Below are positions 57,582 to 64,000 of a stretch of 64,000 nt of DNA, one piece after another. A program made the translations under genes and the position numbers. Where the stretch lies: NCBI GenBank assembly GCA_963847705.1, contig CAWKBC010000030.1, positions 480,001 to 544,000 on the forward strand, in the 5' to 3' direction. Position 1 is the first letter of the stretch, and each line of letters begins with the position of its first letter. The notes below the pieces were generated by a model that was not told the DNA's origin, did not search any database, and saw only the letters and a list, made by a program, of their open reading frames with translations. Origin of the DNA: an uncultured Pseudomonadota bacterium. GTDB taxonomy: Bacteria; Myxococcota_A; Polyangia; Fen-1088.

Positions 57582-58043
57582 GTGTTCGATCACCTCGAGC
57601 TGATTCTGGTACCTACGGACTTTTCGCCAGCTTCCGCGGGAGCGCTGCGAGTCGCCATCCACCTGGCCAAAACGTTCCATGCCGGTATCGAGCTCTTCCA
57701 CGTCGACGCCGATCCGTCCATCGAGGGTCTTTCTCCTGAGAACGCCTTCCCGATCAGGTTCATCTTCGAGAGTGTGCACGTGGAGTCTCGCGAACGCCTC
57801 GAGCGAATGGCGGACGAGGTGTGTCATGCGGGAGTTCCATGCAAGAGCGTCTCGGAGTTCGGACGTTCATCACGGGCGATCGTCGAGCAGGCTCGTGCCA
57901 GTCACGCGGGGCTCATCGTCATCGGCCGTCACCAAACACATCACCTCGGCCACTCCTGGCTCGGCGGGGTGGCGGGAAAGGTGGTCGAGCATGCGGCGTG
58001 CGCCGTCCTCGCCGTTCCCTTCGAGGCGGCCGAAGGGACGTAG
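57582..58043 (+). CDS. Universal stress protein
   Basis: ILVPTDFS, LIVIGRH, GGVAGKVVEHAACAVLAV; RBS AGGAG. Confidence 0.88.
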   Translation: MFDHLELILVPTDFSPASAGALRVAIHLAKTFHAGIELFHVDADPSIEGLSPENAFPIRFIFESVHVESRERLERMADEVCHAGVPCKSVSEFGRSSRAIVEQARASHAGLIVIGRHQTHHLGHSWLGGVAGKVVEHAACAVLAVPFEAAEGT

Positions 58044-58089
58044 CGCTCCTCGCAGCGATCCTGGAAACTCCGCCCATCCGCGGGCAATC

Positions 58090-61000
58090 TCAGCGGGCGT
58101 ACGCCTCTTGCGGTGATGCGGGAGCCGGCTGCTCGTCCTCTGCGGGCGGGATTGGTCTGGCGAGCATCGTGAAGATGGACGGCACCAAGAAAAGAGACAG
58201 GAAGGTCGACGACGTGAGGCCTCCGACGACTGCCAGGGCCAGCGCCTGATTCGCCTCCGTTCCCGCCTCCAGCCCGAGCGCGGTCGGAAGCAGCCCAATG
58301 ACCGTGGCGAGGCTGGTCATCACGATGGGCGTAAAGCGCGTGCGAGCTGCCGCGACGATTGCATCCTCCTTGGTCCCGCCATGATTCAGGTTCACGCTGG
58401 CCTCTGCGACCAGCAGAATCCCGTTCGAGACGGCGATCCCGATGACCATGAGCACCCCCATGAGCGCCGTCACGGAGAACCCCTGGCCCGCGGCCAAGAG
58501 GGCGAGCGTGATCCCCACCAGGCAGACGGGAATGGCGAACAGCATGACCAGGGGCAAGCGCAGCGATTTGAACTGGATCGTCATCACCATGAAGACGACC
58601 ATGACCGCGAGAGCGACAGCGACACCCAGCCCGGAGAAGGTCGTCCGCATCAGGTCCATCTCGCCCACGTAGCTCCACTTGATGCGGTTCGTTCTGGGAT
58701 CGGCGGCCAACCTCTCGTCGAGCTCCTTGGCGACGCTGCCGACGTCGCGCCCTTCGGTCTGCATGTAGACCTCGGTGACGCGCTTCATGTGATCGCGTTC
58801 GATGGCGATTGGGCCCGCCGCACGCTCGATGTCGGCGTAGGCCGATAGAGTGATCGGCTTGGCGTCGCTCGTCACCCGCACCGGCAGCTGGGCCAGCGCG
58901 CCGGTGTCGGGGACGTCCTTCTCATCGTAATAGGTGACGACGTAGTAGGCCTGACCGTTCTGTGGATCGATCCAGACGCTCGGCGCGTTGATGTTCCCCA
59001 GCGTCGCATCCAGGGTCACCTGCGCGGCCTGGCGGGCCGTCACGTCGACGAATCCGGCCTGCGACCTCAGGGTGTTGACGTGCAGCTCGGGATACGTGGT
59101 TTGCAGCTGCACGCGGATGTCCCGGACGCCGCCGATCGTGCGCGCGACCTCGGCCACCGCGTGGGCCTGGTCCTCGAGCACGGTGAGGTTGTCGTTCTGG
59201 ATCTCGATTGCAATCGGAGCCACGTAGCCGTTCGAGAACACACTCGCCACCAATCCGCCCGGCCACTGCAGGAACTCGACGCCCGGATAATGTGCAATGA
59301 GCAGGGAGCGCATCTGGTCGGCGATCTGGCGTTGGGTGTGCTTGCGGTGCTCCGGATCGACGAGGGCCACCCGGATGAAGCCCATGTGTGGGCCGTCGTT
59401 CGGGCTGGTCATCGCGCTGCGCGCGTTCTCGGGCGACCCTTGGTTGGTCAGGACCAGCTCGACCTCGCCGCTGGGAAGCTGCTCGTGAAGCATCTTCGCC
59501 ATCTCGCGCACCCGCCGCGAGGCTTCGTCGAGCGAGATCCCCGGCGAAAAGCGCACGTAGACCCGCTCCATCGACTCGTCGATCTCCGGGAAGAAGGCGC
59601 TGGGGAGGCGGGTGGCCGCCCACCCCGCGCCAGCGGTGAGCAAGACACAGGCCACGATGATCCAGACGCGCACGCCCAGCGCCCTCCGCAGAATACGGGA
59701 GTATCCCTCGGCCAGCCGGTCGATTGCCTCTCCCAGCCTCTTCCCGATGCCCTGCGGTTCCTTGGTGCCCAGGACGAATCGGCAGGCCACCGGCGTCACG
59801 AACATGCTGACGAGATAGGAGACGATCATCGCGACGGCGACGGTGAGCGCCAGTGGCGCGAAGAGCCTCTTGGCCAGGCCCGCCAGCAGCAACACCGGCA
59901 AGAGGACAGCGATCGTGGTCAGCGTCGAGGCCAGCACCGGCAACGCCACCGCGTTCGTCCCCTCGAGTGCCGCGCGGTAAGGGGACAAGCCCCGGCGCTG
60001 GTGCCGATGGATCGATTCCAGGACGACCACGGCGTCGTCGACCAGGCGACCCATGGCCAACGTCAATCCGCCCAGCGTGAAGGAGTTCAGCGTCTGGCCG
60101 GTCGCGTAGAGAACGATCAAGGTCACCGCGAAGGAGAGCGGGATCGCGACGGCGACGATGAGGGTGCCCCGGAAGCTCTGAAGAAAGATGAGGATGACGA
60201 GTGAGATCAGGACCAGGGCCTGAAGCACCTCCCGTTTGAGCCCGGAGTAGGAGGTCTTGACGAACGTCGACTGATCGAAGACCGGCTTCACGACCATGCC
60301 CGGCGGAAGGTTGGCCAGACCACCCACGACCTTCTTGACCGCGTCGACGATCTTGATGGTGTTCCCGCCCGGGATCCGCAGAACATTCAGGTAGACGGCA
60401 TTCTGGCCGTTCACCGAGACGGCCTGAGTGGGCGCCGCACCGCCATCTTCGACCCGGGCCACGTCCGAGATGTACACTGGCCGCCCCCCGACCAACTTCA
60501 CCATCGCGTCGCCGATCTGCCCGACACGCCTGGGGACCGCGTCGGTGTAGACGTTGGCATCGAAGGTCGGCGCGATGAATTCGCCCGACGGCAGGAGCGC
60601 GTTGGCTTGCGCCACTGCGGCCGAGACGTCCTCGGCCGTCAGGCCACGGGATTGGGCCTCGGCCCGGTGGACGATCACGTTGATCTGGCGCTGCCGTCCG
60701 CCGTTGGGCGAAGCGCTGGCGACGCCGGGAATCCCTTCCAGAAGGGGCTCGATGTTGTTGAGCGCGTAGTCGTAGAGCTGCGGCCCAGAGAGCCCGCCGC
60801 CGGAGACGGTCACCTGCACGACCGGGGCATTGGTGGGGTCGAACTGCAGCACGAAAGGGGGAATCACGCCCAAGGACTTGGGGACGGCGGACATCGCGAA
60901 CTGGACCTGCTGCTGGACCAAGGTCTGCGCGGCGTTGAGATCGGTACCCCACTCGAGCCAGACGTAGGCGATGCTGAGGTTGTTGCGCGACTCGCTCTGC

Positions 61001-61233
61001 ACGTGCTCGACCCCGGGCGTCGCACTCACATACTTTTCGATTCGCCAGGTCAGCGTCTTTTCAACGTCTTTGGCAGCCAGGCCAGGGGCCAGAGTCCCGA
61101 CCACCAGCACGGGCGGTGTCAGGTTTGGAAACGTGTCGATCGCCATGCGCGGCGTCACGACCCAGGCGAAAATGAGCGCCCCGATGCCGAGCATCAGGCT
61201 GGCGAGCGGATTCCGTAGAGAAAGATGGGTCAC
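58090..61233 (-). CDS. RND efflux transporter permease (AcrB/AcrF-like)
   Basis: 1047 aa; GRLVDDAVVVLE, SNGILLV, RFTPIVMT, AVVGGL. Confidence 0.95.
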   Translation of the reverse strand: MTHLSLRNPLASLMLGIGALIFAWVVTPRMAIDTFPNLTPPVLVVGTLAPGLAAKDVEKTLTWRIEKYVSATPGVEHVQSESRNNLSIAYVWLEWGTDLNAAQTLVQQQVQFAMSAVPKSLGVIPPFVLQFDPTNAPVVQVTVSGGGLSGPQLYDYALNNIEPLLEGIPGVASASPNGGRQRQINVIVHRAEAQSRGLTAEDVSAAVAQANALLPSGEFIAPTFDANVYTDAVPRRVGQIGDAMVKLVGGRPVYISDVARVEDGGAAPTQAVSVNGQNAVYLNVLRIPGGNTIKIVDAVKKVVGGLANLPPGMVVKPVFDQSTFVKTSYSGLKREVLQALVLISLVILIFLQSFRGTLIVAVAIPLSFAVTLIVLYATGQTLNSFTLGGLTLAMGRLVDDAVVVLESIHRHQRRGLSPYRAALEGTNAVALPVLASTLTTIAVLLPVLLLAGLAKRLFAPLALTVAVAMIVSYLVSMFVTPVACRFVLGTKEPQGIGKRLGEAIDRLAEGYSRILRRALGVRVWIIVACVLLTAGAGWAATRLPSAFFPEIDESMERVYVRFSPGISLDEASRRVREMAKMLHEQLPSGEVELVLTNQGSPENARSAMTSPNDGPHMGFIRVALVDPEHRKHTQRQIADQMRSLLIAHYPGVEFLQWPGGLVASVFSNGYVAPIAIEIQNDNLTVLEDQAHAVAEVARTIGGVRDIRVQLQTTYPELHVNTLRSQAGFVDVTARQAAQVTLDATLGNINAPSVWIDPQNGQAYYVVTYYDEKDVPDTGALAQLPVRVTSDAKPITLSAYADIERAAGPIAIERDHMKRVTEVYMQTEGRDVGSVAKELDERLAADPRTNRIKWSYVGEMDLMRTTFSGLGVAVALAVMVVFMVMTIQFKSLRLPLVMLFAIPVCLVGITLALLAAGQGFSVTALMGVLMVIGIAVSNGILLVAEASVNLNHGGTKEDAIVAAARTRFTPIVMTSLATVIGLLPTALGLEAGTEANQALALAVVGGLTSSTFLSLFLVPSIFTMLARPIPPAEDEQPAPASPQEAYAR

Positions 61234-62459
61234 AGGGGTCTTCCGAAGCCCCCGCCACGGGTTCCGCCGTCGCTTTCCGTGGGCGCCTCCGCCGGCTCGA
61301 GGTGTGGCGTGACCGCGTCCCCGTCCGAGAGTAAGGATCGCCCTTCGGTCACGATCTGGGTATTCACGGGTAGCGTCCTGGGATCGAAGTAGAGCCCGTC
61401 GGCGCGCTCGCCCAGCAGAGCCAACTGCCGCAGATGGGCGACGTTGTTCTCCACCACGAAGATCTTGGCCTTGCCATGTTCTTGCGTGGCGGAATCCAGC
61501 GGGATTCTGCTGGCAGGAACCGGTTTGCCGACGTTCATGTGAACCGTCGCGGTGGTGCTGGTCGGAATCTGGCGGTGCGGATCTGCGACGTCGATCTCGA
61601 AGTGGATGGTGCGGGTCGCCGGGTCGGCCTTGGGAGCTCGCCGGGTGACGGCAGCGAACAGGGTGGCTCCCGTGGCGAGGACATCAATGCGGACCGGCGC
61701 GCCCACGGTCGCGACGTTGAAATCCTTCTCCGGCGCGTCGACGACGATCCGAACGGTGTTCCGATCGACGATGGAGACGATCGTCGCGCCTGGGTGAACG
61801 AACGCGCCCGGATCAATGGACCGGGTGGCGATCTCACCGTCGAACGGGGCCTTGAGCGCGCAGTCGTTGACTTCCAGCGAGGCGGCCAGGCCCTTGGCCT
61901 TGCTTTCGAGGACGTGCGACTGTTCCGCAGAGCTCTGCGCCGAGGTCTGCTCCACCTGATTGGGCGCGATGAAGCCACCCTTGAGCATCGATGCCTCGCG
62001 CGCGGCCTCATCCGCGGTGGCCCGTTGCTGCTGTCCGATCGCCTGCGCCTGCAGCTGGACGGCCCGGCTCACGGCGTTGGGGTGGGCGCAGTCGAGCGTT
62101 GCCACGACCTGACCGCGCGTCACGGGATCGCCGGGCCGTACCAGAACCGTCGTCACGTAAGCCGATATGTACTGAGGGCCGACGCTGGCCTCTATCCACG
62201 AATCGATGGCTCCGACGTAGGTTCGGCTGTCGGAAAAAGGCGCCGCCTCGGCGCCGACGACCGAGACAGGCCGCGGGGCCTCCGAGAGCGCCACGCGGTT
62301 GATCTTCCCTTCGGCGTGGTGAACCAAAAGAACGCCGGAAACGACGAGAAGGGCCGTGACCCCACCGATCGTGATGAGCTCGCGCCGATGACCAACTCGG
62401 CGCTCACGCTTTGCGTTCCGTTCCTGCGACCGCTCACTCTCTTCGACATCAGCGGTCAT
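61230..62459 (-). CDS. RND membrane-fusion (periplasmic adaptor) protein
   Basis: N-terminal TM, VRPGDPV, KAPFDG, DPATRT; overlaps the RND start. Confidence 0.92.
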   Translation of the reverse strand: MTADVEESERSQERNAKRERRVGHRRELITIGGVTALLVVSGVLLVHHAEGKINRVALSEAPRPVSVVGAEAAPFSDSRTYVGAIDSWIEASVGPQYISAYVTTVLVRPGDPVTRGQVVATLDCAHPNAVSRAVQLQAQAIGQQQRATADEAAREASMLKGGFIAPNQVEQTSAQSSAEQSHVLESKAKGLAASLEVNDCALKAPFDGEIATRSIDPGAFVHPGATIVSIVDRNTVRIVVDAPEKDFNVATVGAPVRIDVLATGATLFAAVTRRAPKADPATRTIHFEIDVADPHRQIPTSTTATVHMNVGKPVPASRIPLDSATQEHGKAKIFVVENNVAHLRQLALLGERADGLYFDPRTLPVNTQIVTEGRSLLSDGDAVTPHLEPAEAPTESDGGTRGGGFGRPL

Positions 62460-62691
62460 GCGTGCCCTCGGCTCCTACCTGTCGATGATCTGATCGAACG
62501 TAAGCATGAGCTTGGCGATGGCAATCTGACCGGCCCCCTCGGACCGGCGCGCCGGCGCTGCTTCGGGTGACGCGGGATTCGAAGCGGGCGGCGTCCGGCA
62601 ACCCAGCGCGGGCGCGCGCCGATTCGTCGCGGCGACGTCCGGCCGGATGCGAGCAAACCGGCCGAACGTCAAGATTCAGAGCGGAACTGTT

Positions 62692-63084
62692 CTATTTGGG
62701 GTCGGGCTTGGCGGCGGACAGCGCCTTCTTGGCCTTGACGCCGGACTTCTCCGAATCGTTGCCAGAGCTCTTCATTTGCTTGGCCTCGTCGCCCATGGCT
62801 TCGCCTGCCTTCTCGACGGCGTGCCCCTTCTTCTTCTTCTTCTCACCGGCCATCTCCTCGGCTTTGTCGCCGTTCTTTTTGCCGGCCTTCTCTTCGGCCT
62901 TGCCGCTCTTCTCCATCTTGGCGCCCTTGCTCTTCTTCACATCGGCGGCCTTCTCTTCGGCACCGCCCTTCTCCTCCATGGTGTTGCCGGCCTTTTCGGC
63001 CGCGGTGTCGGCGCGCGCGACCGCACCGGTGAGATAGGCGGTGGCGGCGAGAGTCAGAGAGAGCCTAATCAATGAGCGAACCAT
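62692..63084 (-). CDS. Secreted Lys/Glu/Ala/Gly-rich hydrophilic repeat protein
   Basis: RBS GGAGG; signal ending ARA; repeats such as EKAG, EEKA and EKSG. Confidence 0.8.
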   Translation of the reverse strand: MVRSLIRLSLTLAATAYLTGAVARADTAAEKAGNTMEEKGGAEEKAADVKKSKGAKMEKSGKAEEKAGKKNGDKAEEMAGEKKKKKGHAVEKAGEAMGDEAKQMKSSGNDSEKSGVKAKKALSAAKPDPK

Positions 63085-63199
63085 GTGGAGACCTCCGTGT
63101 GATTGCGAGCTGAGAAGCGCAGAGAGCGATTCACAGGCCGCCACAACATGGGTCCTGGATCCTCGGGGCGCTAGGGCCTGCTTCGAATCGGTCACACAT

Positions 63200-63384
63200 G
63201 CGTCGACCGCCTCAGCGGCCGCGAGAATTCCTATCCAGGGCTCGGTGGCCGGCTCCAGGCGAACCACGCAGGCCACGTCGGAGGCGAGCGCACCCAGGGC
63301 GCTCAGCTCGCTTCGCGCCTCTTGCAGGAGATAACCTGACAGGTCGATCTCGTTCTTGCCCCCTGCGGGCGTGAAGTCGCCCAA
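63200..63384 (-). pseudogene. Possible universal stress protein remnant
   Basis: QEARSEL...EPWIGILAAAEAVDA resembles the USP PxxxIxxxAxxxxAD segment; both ends are missing. Confidence 0.35.
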
Positions 63385-63390
63385 GAGAGG

Positions 63391-63609
63391 GTGAAGCGCT
63401 TCACGCTCGGTTACACACGCCTACAGTCGACCAAAGGCAGCTGGATTGTCGTCCCGAACAGCGTGATGCTGGCGAGCGTCCTCATCAAAGCCGCTTCCAC
63501 GGAGAAGGATTCGATCAGCGAGGCCGCTCCCTCGGAGCCCCTCTCGCGTACGCCGCCCGCGGGGGCGGAGCCCGGACCGCGCGGCAGCGAGAGGCCGGAT
63601 AGCGGGTAA
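63391..63609 (+). pseudogene. Possible MscS beta-domain remnant
   Basis: VKRFTLGYTRLQSTKGSWIVVPNSVM resembles the MscS VxxIxLxxTx...VPNS segment; no TM region upstream. Confidence 0.45.
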
Positions 63610-64000
63610 CGTACGCGGGTCCATTCCCGCCGGAGAAGCAGGGCCTCTCGAGCAAGCGTCCCTTCAGGTCCACCGTCTACGAAAAGGTGAGCTCACCAGG
63701 GGATCTTGACGCTGTTCGTGACGGCAAAAATGTTTCCGCCTCGGATGTCACCCGGTTAGAAACGCAACACCGAGCTCCCTTGGATTGCCGGAATCGGCGG
63801 GCACGAGGTCTGCACCACCAGGATGGGTCGTGTCCTGCAAGCGGGCAATCTCCGGGGGGCTCGTGCTCTTGCTCTGCGCCTTACCGACGGCGGCCGGGGC
63901 GGCGGTCGACACATCTCGGGATGACGGGTGCCTCCAGCGACGGTGTAGGAGGGCGGAGCTTCCTTCCAATCCCCTCAACGAGCTCGAACGTGCCGACCGG

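Noticed and set aside
63610-64000. ORF 63748..63978 and the window end
   Set aside because: No recognisable motif or convincing codon bias; cannot be called without flanking sequence.
1-64000. tRNA, rRNA, IS elements, integrases and known riboswitches
   Set aside because: None recognised by eye; a tRNAscan/Infernal/ISEScan run would be needed to exclude them formally.

Overview
High-GC, gene-dense bacterial window with about 60 CDS. The lipoproteins with Gly/Thr linkers, SPW-repeat proteins and OmpA-type barrels suggest a Myxococcota/Polyangia-like organism (inference). No rRNA, tRNA, CRISPR array, integrase or transposase was recognised. The main locus (37.6-45.3 kb) is a family 2A encapsulin sulfur module: shell protein, cargo cysteine desulfurase, rhodanese, a split YeeE/YedE pair, serine O-acetyltransferase, 1-Cys peroxiredoxin and two tandem XRE-cupin regulators. 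Four of its promoters share an 18-bp pseudo-palindrome (TGTCYRN-TATA-NYRGACA), pointing to a dedicated regulon. The desulfurase has a +1 frameshift at the junction of its cargo-loading and catalytic parts. Other observations are many apparently leaderless genes, two convergent exported proteins sharing a Gly/Thr linker, an OmpA with inverted domain order, a stand-alone secretin N0-like domain, and several intergenic gene remnants. All product calls come from reading motifs by eye; no database search was run. Start codons are best estimates, and homopolymer frameshifts could be sequencing errors.
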